Shown: positions 1 to 8,864 of the stretch, in pieces
How positions within the stretch are numbered: the stretch's first letter is position 1
Layout: every line of letters begins with the position of its first letter
Source: a virus
Taxonomy: Duplodnaviria > Heunggongvirae > Uroviricota > Caudoviricetes
Direction: 5' to 3' (one strand)
Length of the DNA stretch: 35,433 nucleotides
Virus record (IMG/VR): IMGVR_UViG_3300012007_000007
Coordinates: 1 to 35,433 of that record
The notes under the pieces: model-generated
The model's database searches: none
Told to the model about the DNA's origin: nothing
Seen by the model: only the letters and a program-made list of their open reading frames with translations
Position numbers and translations under genes: made by a program

Positions 1-2
1 GC

Positions 3-248
3 TATCGCCAGGTAGTCGACGACAAGGGATTCCCGTACATGATGTTCGAAAGCGCGGAAAATCTCTGGCTGGCCGACACATCCGGCTGCATCACTATAAA
101 GTACGTGACGGGAGACTCCGGCAAGTTCCGCCGCATGTACAAGTTCGAGGAAGTCGACAGCATGGACACGGAGCTGGGGCTAATCGAGCAATGCCGGGAA
201 TTGAACCGTATCAAAGAATTCATAGACAAGGATAACTATGCCGACTAA
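3..248 (+). CDS. hypothetical protein (5'-truncated by window edge)
   Basis: Frame is open from the window start to TAA at 248 and overlaps the start of the ligase gene. Confidence 0.7.
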   Translation, partial: YRQVVDDKGFPYMMFESAENLWLADTSGCITIKYVTGDSGKFRRMYKFEEVDSMDTELGLIEQCRELNRIKEFIDKDNYAD

Positions 249-1425
249 GCTGCCTTCACTATCCGAATACATGGCAAGGGCCGAGGGGCCTGAGCTCATC
301 AAGGCGACCTCGCCGGACGGCAGGTACGTCAAGTTCAAGTACAGTGACCACGCTATCTACAACTGCAAGTGGGACGTTGTTACCCTGAACGCCAGGGGCC
401 ATGTGTTTCGCGTATCTGACGGGGAATGCGTTCTCCGTCCATGGTCGAAATTCTTCAACTATTCTGAACTATACAGCGAGACTGGACAGCCAACCGGAGT
501 CAACAAGATTCTGGAGTCTATTCCTGGACTGGAACCAGACTTCCATTTCGACGACCCCCATCTGGCAACCGACAAGCTGGACGGTTCCCTGTTGATTGTC
601 GGCATTGTCGATGACGAGCTGCTGGCAACCACGTCCGGCTCGTTCACTGCATGGCAGGGCGACTGGGCTCGTGCCTGGCTGATAGAGAACAAGGTACAGA
701 CCCACATGGTGCCGGGACTTACCTACATGTTCGAGATTATCGCTGACGAGGACCTGCATCCAATACGCTACGAGTACGAAGGGTGCGTCCTTACAGGAAT
801 CATCGAGACGGCTACCGGTGTAGAGAAACCGTACGCCGAACTGCAGAGATTCGCCACGGAAGCCGGCATCAGGGTCACCCAGAGCGTGGAACTTTCCAGT
901 TTTGGCGAGACAGTCAAGTACGTGCAGTCCCTCCCGGCATCCAAGGAGGGTCTCGTGCTCACTTACCCGAACGGGTTCAAGATGAAGCTGAAGGGGCCCG
1001 AGTTCCTCGCCGTGCAGAAGCTCTTCCACGGTCTTTCCCAGAAGAGCCTCATGGGCGTGTTCGACCCGGAACTTATGTCATTCCCGGAGGAAACCAGGAA
1101 GACCGTCCCGGAGGAATTCAAGGAGCTTACCGACTTCATGGACAGCTTCGAGCGCCGTTTCCGTTCAACCTACTACAAGGCTCTCGGATTCTGTACCGAC
1201 TGCTACCTCCGGGCCCTCCCGGAGAAGTCCAGGGCTATTTACGAGCTTGCCCGGGAGACCTTCGGTGACATCCCGGCAATAATCGGGACAGTATGCTCGT
1301 ACGCAAGGAAAATGCCACGCATACTCGCCGAACAGAAAATAGGGGAAAGCCTGGTAGTCCTCCGTAGGGACATTGCCGATTCGCTCATAAAGACCATTCT
1401 CAACGAGAACAAGAACAAGGAATAG
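238..1425 (+). CDS. T4 Rnl1-family ATP-dependent RNA ligase
   Basis: Nucleotidyltransferase motifs: RPWSKFFN, TDKLDGS (KxDG), TYMFEII, KEGLVL, KMKLKG. Confidence 0.9.
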   Translation: MPTKLPSLSEYMARAEGPELIKATSPDGRYVKFKYSDHAIYNCKWDVVTLNARGHVFRVSDGECVLRPWSKFFNYSELYSETGQPTGVNKILESIPGLEPDFHFDDPHLATDKLDGSLLIVGIVDDELLATTSGSFTAWQGDWARAWLIENKVQTHMVPGLTYMFEIIADEDLHPIRYEYEGCVLTGIIETATGVEKPYAELQRFATEAGIRVTQSVELSSFGETVKYVQSLPASKEGLVLTYPNGFKMKLKGPEFLAVQKLFHGLSQKSLMGVFDPELMSFPEETRKTVPEEFKELTDFMDSFERRFRSTYYKALGFCTDCYLRALPEKSRAIYELARETFGDIPAIIGTVCSYARKMPRILAEQKIGESLVVLRRDIADSLIKTILNENKNKE

Positions 1426-1429
1426 ACGA

Positions 1430-2284
1430 ATGCAGAAGTTTCTAATCGGTACGGGTATCGGCGGAGCCGCGCTTTCGTTCGGCGCCCTGTGCTACCTAAT
1501 CAAGACTTGTGGAGAGGGGCTTGACCCCATCTACCGGGTGTTGAGCAGAAACCCCGCTCTCCAGAACCAGATACTCGCCACCAAGGATGGCATGGTAGGT
1601 TTCCTCGGAGATTGCTACAGCCCTCTATTGACCGCATGGTGGAAGCACTACCGCGAGATGCACCACTCCGAGAAGGACTTCAAGTTCGAGGGCAACGTGT
1701 TCCCCGAGTCGGAAATATCGTTTCTCCGCGGTGACGCCGGCGAGCTGCGGGACATGGCGATTCCTTTCATCGAGCGGTTGGAAGGCGTATATGCCGAGTT
1801 CGACGAAGCAAACAACGGCACTCCAATGAGGGTGGTCGAGGTACCTGACGGGTACTTCTGCGGAATCATGGAAGACCCGGAGACCGGAATAGAGTGCGTG
1901 GAAGAATACCCGCAGACCTGGCAGTCCATGAGCGACGAGGAATACCGCTGCCTTGCCGCGATACGAAAGTTCACCGGCCGCGAAGCGGACGACGGCTCCT
2001 GGTACAAGGACGACACCGTGTACGAAATCGGGCGTGCCGTCAGGATTGCATTCCATGGCAACGTGGCGCTGGCCTACTGCTCGGACATGGGTGACGACGA
2101 GCCCAAGTACGTGTTCCTCAGGAAGAACGAGTACTATATCGCCACCAAAGACCATCCGAAGGTCGTGTTCGAAGTCCAGGGCATACAGCGCAACAAACTG
2201 ATTTTCAACACCGTATTCCATGACGCATCCGACTTCGAGGGATACGCCTATCTCATGCCAGTCGTAAAGAAGGAATCAACGTAG
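1430..2284 (+). CDS. hypothetical phage protein
   Basis: 284-aa ORF packed in operon; typical codon usage. Confidence 0.75.
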   Translation: MQKFLIGTGIGGAALSFGALCYLIKTCGEGLDPIYRVLSRNPALQNQILATKDGMVGFLGDCYSPLLTAWWKHYREMHHSEKDFKFEGNVFPESEISFLRGDAGELRDMAIPFIERLEGVYAEFDEANNGTPMRVVEVPDGYFCGIMEDPETGIECVEEYPQTWQSMSDEEYRCLAAIRKFTGREADDGSWYKDDTVYEIGRAVRIAFHGNVALAYCSDMGDDEPKYVFLRKNEYYIATKDHPKVVFEVQGIQRNKLIFNTVFHDASDFEGYAYLMPVVKKEST

Positions 2285-2285
2285 A

Positions 2286-2480
2286 ATGTCATCGGTATTT
2301 TTCCTACCAATCATAGTGTTCGTATTCTGCGGAATCGACCTGCTCATACTTGCTACCGGGGACACCAGGGTGGAAGTCCACGGGGCATCCCGCAAGACCG
2401 CCATGGCGGTCGACATCGTCCTCATGTGCATATCGCTTACCGTAACCGCATATCCGTACATATCCGGGGGGAACGCATGA
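2286..2480 (+). CDS. small two-TM membrane protein
   Basis: Two hydrophobic segments; ATGA overlap with the next gene. Confidence 0.7.
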   Translation: MSSVFFLPIIVFVFCGIDLLILATGDTRVEVHGASRKTAMAVDIVLMCISLTVTAYPYISGGNA

Positions 2481-3091
2481 GACACAAGCCGTTGATAGTG
2501 TTCGAGGGCGTGGATAACTCCGGGAAGACCACGATTTCCAAGATAATCGCCAAGCGTTATCCCGAGTTCAAGTGGTCCAAGGAACCCATATTCACCACTG
2601 AAGAAGCCGACCGTCTGAACTCCGACGAGTTCAAGGGGAAAGACGCGAAACGCGAGGTGTTCTTCCTGGAAGGGAGGTTGGCGCAGCAGAAGTTCTACCG
2701 GGAGAACATGGTCCTGCTCGACAGGTACCTGTGGAGCGGGCTGGCATACGCCAAGGCGTTCTCTCCGAGCATTTACCCGTTCTGCCAGGAGCTGTACCAG
2801 GACTACAAGATTTTCAAGCGTCCCGACCTTGTAATTTTCATGGACACCCCGCTGGAAAGCTGCTATGACCGTGAGCCGAAACTCAAGGAGACTCCCGGGA
2901 GGCTCGAGAACCTACGCGCTGCGTACATGGAAACCAAGGAATTCATGCACTGTCCGATAGAAGCGATTGACGGCTCCAAGACGGTCGAGGAATGCGTAGC
3001 TGCATGTATCCGGGCAATCAACAGGCACATCCCGGAGCTTTCCCTGGACAGGGGCAAGTTAACCAGGTGGTTCAACCGGCATTTCCTGTAG
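2477..3091 (+). CDS. tmk: thymidylate (dTMP) kinase
   Basis: LIVFEGVDNSGKTT P-loop, KEP, LLDRY, PDLVIFMD; start at ATG 2477 (MRHKP). Confidence 0.88.
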   Translation: MRHKPLIVFEGVDNSGKTTISKIIAKRYPEFKWSKEPIFTTEEADRLNSDEFKGKDAKREVFFLEGRLAQQKFYRENMVLLDRYLWSGLAYAKAFSPSIYPFCQELYQDYKIFKRPDLVIFMDTPLESCYDREPKLKETPGRLENLRAAYMETKEFMHCPIEAIDGSKTVEECVAACIRAINRHIPELSLDRGKLTRWFNRHFL

Positions 3092-3098
3092 AGGTATC

Positions 3099-3308
3099 AT
3101 GAGCCTGAGCACAATCATAATCATCCTTGTAGTTATAATCACGCTGACCGTGATTGGCTTCCTGGACACCCACCGGTGCAGGCATGAGTGGGAGGACATC
3201 TGGACGGACGTCGAGGTGTCGGATAACGGCAAGAAGATAACTGTAGCCCAGCGCTGCGAGAAGTGCGGCCTGGTAAGAGCAAAATCAAAAAGGAATTCGA
3301 AATGCTAG
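3099..3308 (+). CDS. small membrane-anchored protein with CxH/CxxC motif
   Basis: N-terminal TM helix, CRHEW...RCEKCG; GAGG RBS. Confidence 0.7.
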   Translation: MSLSTIIIILVVIITLTVIGFLDTHRCRHEWEDIWTDVEVSDNGKKITVAQRCEKCGLVRAKSKRNSKC

Positions 3309-3817
3309 ACGTAACCGACAAGCACATATTCTTCTACAAGGAATGGCCTTCCAACTTCTACAAGTCGCTGTTCAAGTACACCAGCATGTACGACGGCGTG
3401 GAAAGAATGTTCTTCTGCAGCGAGCAGGCCTTCATGCACGAGAAGGCGGTATTCTTCGGCGACCACGAGATTGCCGGGAAGATACTGGAGGCCCAGTCCC
3501 CGATGACCGCCAAGGAACTCGGGAGACAGGTGCGCAACTTCGACACCGATGCCTGGGAGCAGGAACGGTACAAGGTCATGGTAGAGGTCAACTACGCCAA
3601 GTACAGCCAGAACATGGAACTCCGTACACGCCTTCTCGACCCGGAATTCGACGGGAAGACGTTCGTCGAGGCATCTCCCGTGGACGGCATCTGGGGAATC
3701 CTGATGCCACATGGAACGGATGGAATCGACGACGAGGCCAACTGGCGCGGAAGGAATCTTCTCGGCAAGGCGATTACAGAAGTACGGGACCGCCTGATGA
3801 CAGAGGACCCGGAATAA
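3302..3817 (+). CDS. NADAR (YbiA-like) family hydrolase
   Basis: SEQAFMHEKAVFFGD, AKELGRQVRNF, FVEASPVDGIWGI, WRGRNLLGKAITEVR; AAGGA RBS. Confidence 0.92.
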   Translation: MLDVTDKHIFFYKEWPSNFYKSLFKYTSMYDGVERMFFCSEQAFMHEKAVFFGDHEIAGKILEAQSPMTAKELGRQVRNFDTDAWEQERYKVMVEVNYAKYSQNMELRTRLLDPEFDGKTFVEASPVDGIWGILMPHGTDGIDDEANWRGRNLLGKAITEVRDRLMTEDPE

Positions 3818-3818
3818 T

Positions 3819-3831
3819 TTTTGCTAAATTT
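3819..3831 (+). promoter_or_regulatory. class I promoter motif variant (TTTTGCTAAATTT)
   Basis: Variant of the recurring TTTTGCTATATTT motif, upstream of 3852. Confidence 0.6.
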
Positions 3832-3851
3832 CCATAAAAGAGGAAAATGAC

Positions 3852-5744
3852 ATGACAAAGGAATTTGCTTCGGAAAACGAGTACCTGATGCCACTGGAAC
3901 TGGTGAAGATGTTCCACCAGGTCGTGCCTGAGGACTGCGGCAGTACCCGCAGCTTCGCAGAGATTAACGAGGCCGCAGCCAAGCGGGGTTTCCTGGTAGT
4001 TCCCGAGGCATGCAACCAGCTAGTCGAACTGTTCCTAACCGACGTACGGCTTGACCCCAACGCCACCTTCTACAAGGAGTGGGAGGACATCAGGAAACGT
4101 ACCTCGATTGAACTGTTCATGGACCAGATTATCCACTACATGTCCACCTACGGGACGAATTTCTCGCATGGAAACGGATACGTGCCCAACGACAACGAGA
4201 CTCCTCTCATGTCGTACGGCGAGCTTACCGTCATTACGGCGGTCACTGCCGACGAGATGAAGGCCAGATGCGTCGACATGCTGAAGTCAGGAATAGCCAT
4301 GAAGCCTGATACCGTGAACGCACTCGTTGGCTTCGTCCTGCACCACGGAGGCTGCGACATCTCGGAGGTAAAGAACAAGGAGGCGGCATGCATTATGTAT
4401 GCCCGTACGGGCAAGAGGCCTTCTGACCCTGTCGAGTACGTCAGGCTGCTCGTGTACATGTATACGAATGAGACGCTCCTCATTAAGAGTAGGGATGTCC
4501 TCAAGTCCATACGAAACATGTATGGTACTCCCGGGGCAGACGCATTCGCCAGCATGTCCGACCGGGACATCGACCTGCTCGCCAGGGTATTCTACCGGTT
4601 CAAGCCTTTATTCCTGGCAATGAAGCACCAGGCAAAGGAAAGGGAGGGAAACTACGACTATGACGAGTCTAAACGAATTTCCCATGTAATCAACCGAATC
4701 CGGTCCAGGGCACGAAAGCTGAAGACCCCGTTCAAGCCGGGTGTGCTAGACACCGTATGCATCCCGGGAGATACCGGGAAACTCGAGAAGATATCAGATG
4801 AAATCGAGACCGTGCCGATGTTCCGTAGGCTACGCCTTCTCCAGTGCGTAGAGGACAGGCTCAACTTCCATCCGGGACAATGGGCCGTGTACGTGATACG
4901 CAACGGGAAAACCTTCATAAGGGAGGGCTACTCCCCCAAGATAGACATCGGGTGGCTTGAATATGTCAAGTCCATACTAACGGAAAGCATCAGGAAGTTC
5001 GTCGAGTCCAGGAAGAAGACCGGCAAGGTAAGGCTACCGGATAACTGCGAGCTCGCCATGCCTACGTCCGAGAAGAACTTCATCGGCGACTACCCGATGG
5101 GAACTACGGTCCCTCTACACGACCACAACGTGGTCGGCGTGTACTGGCGCAACGAGTGGGGCACCAGGGACTTCGACCTGTCCATGGCCGACACCGAAGG
5201 CAACATGGTGTCCTGGACTTCCGGGTTCAGTTCCGGGGACTTCATGCATTCCGGAGACATGACCAACGCCGAGCCCGAGGCATCCGAGTGCGTCTACTTC
5301 CCGAAGGGTGTATCCGACGGCATGATGGTAAACCTCAACCAGTTCAACGGTTCCGACCCTGCCGGGAAATACCGTTTCTTCTTCGGTTCCTACGACGGCA
5401 AGCCGAAGTTCACGACAGGATTTATGGTGGAGCCGAAGGACCTCGTGTTCTCCCTTGATGGCAACCTCCCGTGCAAGCAGGTCACTCTCGCCGTCATGGG
5501 CAGGGCAAGCGCCGTCCTGCTCGGTCTCGGTACCGGTAACAAGAGAGTATCCCTCGCAAACGGCATGGCATCGACCATCGAAATGCTGTCAGACAAGTTC
5601 GCCAGGGTAATCAGGCTGCGGGCCATACTGCTCATGGCCGGCTACGAAATTGTGCCTGCAGACTACGAAGGGGAGGTCGACCTGGACCTCCGCGAGATGT
5701 CCCGGGATTCCCTTGTAAAGTTCTTCAGCCAGGGGGAAGCATAG
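3852..5744 (+). CDS. large protein with C-terminal TerD-like domain
   Basis: RDFDLSM, HSGDMTNA, ASECVYF, VNLNQFNG resemble TerD motifs; AGAGGA RBS. Confidence 0.65.
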   Translation: MTKEFASENEYLMPLELVKMFHQVVPEDCGSTRSFAEINEAAAKRGFLVVPEACNQLVELFLTDVRLDPNATFYKEWEDIRKRTSIELFMDQIIHYMSTYGTNFSHGNGYVPNDNETPLMSYGELTVITAVTADEMKARCVDMLKSGIAMKPDTVNALVGFVLHHGGCDISEVKNKEAACIMYARTGKRPSDPVEYVRLLVYMYTNETLLIKSRDVLKSIRNMYGTPGADAFASMSDRDIDLLARVFYRFKPLFLAMKHQAKEREGNYDYDESKRISHVINRIRSRARKLKTPFKPGVLDTVCIPGDTGKLEKISDEIETVPMFRRLRLLQCVEDRLNFHPGQWAVYVIRNGKTFIREGYSPKIDIGWLEYVKSILTESIRKFVESRKKTGKVRLPDNCELAMPTSEKNFIGDYPMGTTVPLHDHNVVGVYWRNEWGTRDFDLSMADTEGNMVSWTSGFSSGDFMHSGDMTNAEPEASECVYFPKGVSDGMMVNLNQFNGSDPAGKYRFFFGSYDGKPKFTTGFMVEPKDLVFSLDGNLPCKQVTLAVMGRASAVLLGLGTGNKRVSLANGMASTIEMLSDKFARVIRLRAILLMAGYEIVPADYEGEVDLDLREMSRDSLVKFFSQGEA

Positions 5745-5745
5745 C

Positions 5746-6867
5746 ATGGGGAAATACTATGACGCCCTCATGGTCGGTGCCGGACTGTTCAACGCCGTAC
5801 TCACGGCAAAGCTGGTTGAACGCGGGAAGTCCGTCCTGGTGATTGACCGGCGGAAGGAAATCGGCGGCAACTGCGCCACATACGAGGAGGACGGCATAAC
5901 AGTCCACAAGTACGGTGCACACATATTCCATACGAGCAAGCCGGCCATCTGGAACTTCGCCAACAGGTATGCCCTGTTCTACCCTTTCGTCAATTCCCCC
6001 ATAGCCAAGGTATGGCGGGACGGGAAACCCGAGGCGTACAACCTCCCGTTCAACATGAACACCTTCTCCAAGCTGTGGGGCTGCAATACGCCGGAACAGG
6101 CTATGGAGCTTATCTACACGAAAAGGGAGCCATACCAGAAGGAAACTTATTCCAACCTGGAGGAGAAAGCCCTGTCTTTAGTCGGAGAGGAAATATACGA
6201 GCTGTTCATCAAGCACTATACCGAGAAGCAGTGGGGCTGCAAGTGCACCGAGCTGTCGCCCGACATCATAAAGCGTATACCGCTCAGGTTCACGTACGAC
6301 AACAACTACTTCGATGACATATGGCAGGGAATACCGGAGGGCGGATATACAAGGTGGATTGAGAAGATGCTGTCCGGCGCAACCGTGTTGCTCGGTGCCG
6401 ACTACATACCTTCCCGCGAGAAATGGGACTCGATGGCGGATAAGGTGTTCTACTCTGGCATGCTCGACGAGCTGTTCGACTACGAACTGGGTGAGCTGCC
6501 GTACAGGAGCCTAGAGTTTTCAATCACCAAGCCGGATGTCCATGATTTCCAGGGCGTTGCGGTGGTCAACCATACAACCGACAAGAGCCCGTTCACCCGC
6601 ACCATAGAGCACAAGCACTTCATGACGTGGAACAAACGGATACTCGACGACTGCCGTACCATAATCACTTACGAGTACCCAAAGGAATTCAGCCGGGGAG
6701 GGGAGGCGTACTACCCGGTGGTCAACGAGGACAGCAAGAAGCTGTATACCGAATACTACAAGATGCTCCCGTCGAAGGTGTATGCCACCGGGCGACTCGG
6801 GAGGTTCGAGTACAACGACATGGACGTGACCATCACCAAGGCGCTGGCAATGGTCGCGCAGATATAA
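5746..6867 (+). CDS. glf: UDP-galactopyranose mutase
   Basis: VGAGLF FAD motif, IGGNC, VHKYGAHIFHT, YTEKQWG, RFTYDNNYF, EAYYPV, GRLGRFEYNDMD. Confidence 0.95.
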   Translation: MGKYYDALMVGAGLFNAVLTAKLVERGKSVLVIDRRKEIGGNCATYEEDGITVHKYGAHIFHTSKPAIWNFANRYALFYPFVNSPIAKVWRDGKPEAYNLPFNMNTFSKLWGCNTPEQAMELIYTKREPYQKETYSNLEEKALSLVGEEIYELFIKHYTEKQWGCKCTELSPDIIKRIPLRFTYDNNYFDDIWQGIPEGGYTRWIEKMLSGATVLLGADYIPSREKWDSMADKVFYSGMLDELFDYELGELPYRSLEFSITKPDVHDFQGVAVVNHTTDKSPFTRTIEHKHFMTWNKRILDDCRTIITYEYPKEFSRGGEAYYPVVNEDSKKLYTEYYKMLPSKVYATGRLGRFEYNDMDVTITKALAMVAQI

Positions 6868-6895
6868 CTATGATTGGAACCGAGGGAAGAAGGAA

Positions 6896-7963
6896 ATGAC
6901 TGACAACAAGTACAAGCTGGTCAAGGTCAGCGAAAACGGTACCGTAGTCACCAGGATAAAGGCGCTCAAAGATGGCCGCTTCTTCAAGAAGGGAGAGCTG
7001 GGAGCCATTATCCGTGACTTTGCCGAGCTCGACCAGGTAGGTGACTGCTGGGCAAACTACAATTCCATTCTCACGGGGGATACCCATATCGGCGGCAATA
7101 CCTCGGTTGTCGACAGCAGCATCGACAGCTGCATACTAAAGGGTTCCGGGACAGTGTACAGGTCCATACTCCATGCGGTGAACAACCAGTGGGTCGAACT
7201 TTATATAGAACATTGCGGAAATACCGGCCACATACAAATTTATGGCGATGACCGCACTCGCACCAGGATTAAAAAGTCGGTGCTTGTTGGTGAAATTGAG
7301 ATTTATGGAAACACAACCTTGGATGATTCCAAATTGGGAAAGGCCACGGTTTCGGCACAGGCTACGCATGACAAGTTCCGGCTAAGCGATGCCACGTTGA
7401 CTCATGCGACGCTCGACGGAAATATCGACATCGACAACAGTGAACTGTTCCGTACTTCCGTAACAGGCGACATTTGGATACAGAACTCGATTCTTGTGAA
7501 TGACGACATACAGTCAATCAAACGGAAATCAGTGTATGAGACGGCACAGGTCGAAAATACATGGATGACCGGCTCCAAGTTGAAATTTCCTGCGATATGT
7601 ACTTTGAGCCTGACCAAGACGGTGAACGTCAACGACGTGTCCGTATGCGAGCCGGGAAAGATACGCCTGTCCTGGGGTTGCGACTCTACCATTGTCCGCG
7701 TTCCCGGACTGAAATGGTACATACGGTTCATTGGCGGGTATGGAATCGACAATGCCGACGAGCAGAAGGATTACAGCACCAATGAGCTGATGAACAAGCT
7801 AAAGAAGATAGATACCCAGTACTGGTCATCGGCTTCTTCATTATTGGCCAGGTGCACCGAGCTGATGCGTTACGAAAGATGGTCAGCTGAAAAGATACGT
7901 CTCAGCATATTCAAGTGGACTTACGGAATCCGCATGCTCATGCGGAAACTTTCGGAAATTTAG
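6896..7963 (+). CDS. phage protein with beta-helix-like repeats
   Basis: N-terminal RIKALKD..KKGELG..LDQVGDCW typical of a phage family, followed by beta-rich repeats. Confidence 0.55.
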   Translation: MTDNKYKLVKVSENGTVVTRIKALKDGRFFKKGELGAIIRDFAELDQVGDCWANYNSILTGDTHIGGNTSVVDSSIDSCILKGSGTVYRSILHAVNNQWVELYIEHCGNTGHIQIYGDDRTRTRIKKSVLVGEIEIYGNTTLDDSKLGKATVSAQATHDKFRLSDATLTHATLDGNIDIDNSELFRTSVTGDIWIQNSILVNDDIQSIKRKSVYETAQVENTWMTGSKLKFPAICTLSLTKTVNVNDVSVCEPGKIRLSWGCDSTIVRVPGLKWYIRFIGGYGIDNADEQKDYSTNELMNKLKKIDTQYWSSASSLLARCTELMRYERWSAEKIRLSIFKWTYGIRMLMRKLSEI

Positions 7964-7972
7964 GAGAAATTT

Positions 7973-8509
7973 ATGAAAAGGTCGATAAAGGTTCTGAAGG
8001 AACTAGCAAAGTCTGACAAGAAGCTCCCGGAAAAACGTAGCAAGGCCGCGTCGAAGACCGTGGCCATCGAGGTGAAGGTCGCCAAACAGGATGGACAGAT
8101 AGATTGGAACTTCTGGCACAAGCCGATGGTGGACTCCGTCCTGGCGTTCTGTTTCGACGAGGCCGTTGCGATTGCCGAGCGTTTCCACCTCAGGGAACTC
8201 GATTCCGAGAGGGAGCCGGTAACGGCGGATACAATCAAGTTTACCCTGTTCGAGGTCTGCGAGAAGCTCATCGAACTGCATCTTACCGGGTGGAAGTACA
8301 AGATGGGCGACGAACGTCCTTTGCGGTCGGCGAACATTTACAGGGACGATACCAGCAACCTCGTGGCCGAGATAGCTTTCACCCAGGATTCAGACGACTC
8401 GGATAGCCACCTGTTCTTCGAACCGAAGCTGGTCATAACCCTATATACCACAGGCGAGGGTGGCCCGTGGTTCAGCATAGTATTCCAGATGGTGTCACAG
8501 GTGTTCTGA
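7973..8509 (+). CDS. hypothetical protein
   Basis: AGGAG RBS; 178-aa ORF. Confidence 0.75.
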   Translation: MKRSIKVLKELAKSDKKLPEKRSKAASKTVAIEVKVAKQDGQIDWNFWHKPMVDSVLAFCFDEAVAIAERFHLRELDSEREPVTADTIKFTLFEVCEKLIELHLTGWKYKMGDERPLRSANIYRDDTSNLVAEIAFTQDSDDSDSHLFFEPKLVITLYTTGEGGPWFSIVFQMVSQVF

Positions 8510-8568
8510 TGATAGCAGTTATACTTTTCGTCACGACGGTCGTCATAATCGAAGTCGTGACGCACTGA

Positions 8569-8581
8569 TTTTGCTATATTT
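8569..8581 (+). promoter_or_regulatory. class I promoter motif TTTTGCTATATTT
   Basis: Exact match to the recurring motif in an intergenic gap. Confidence 0.75.
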
Positions 8582-8617
8582 GCTGTAGCTTTAATTTATT
8601 TCCAAGAGGTTAATACT

Positions 8618-8788
8618 ATGAAACTACCAAAGTTCCTGAAGTTCAAGAAGCCCTCGCTTCCCAAGTTTACCGTGGATAGCGTGCTGAAGTACGCCCAGTA
8701 CGCGACCTACGCGTTCATCGTAATCCGCATCCTGATGTACGTATGGCAGCAGCTGTCCAAGCTCCGCCTGAAAGCACCCAAGTACTAA
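8618..8788 (+). CDS. 56-aa basic membrane protein (not in ORF track)
   Basis: AAGAGG RBS; MKLPKFLKFKKP...YAQYATYAFIVIRILMYVWQQLSKLRLKAPKY. Confidence 0.7.
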   Translation: MKLPKFLKFKKPSLPKFTVDSVLKYAQYATYAFIVIRILMYVWQQLSKLRLKAPKY

Positions 8789-8864
8789 TGAGGGATTATC
8801 CGGGAAACAACCATGATGCCGGCGGGATGGCCTGCCGGCACTTTCTATAGGATTACCGAACGCC

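Noticed and set aside
7890-7963. C-terminal LSIFKWTYGIRMLMRKL resembling the N-terminal tag; also weak tag-like starts at 8618, 15981 and 29694
   Set aside because: Spacing of Y, I, F and RR is not conserved, so these were not counted as family members.
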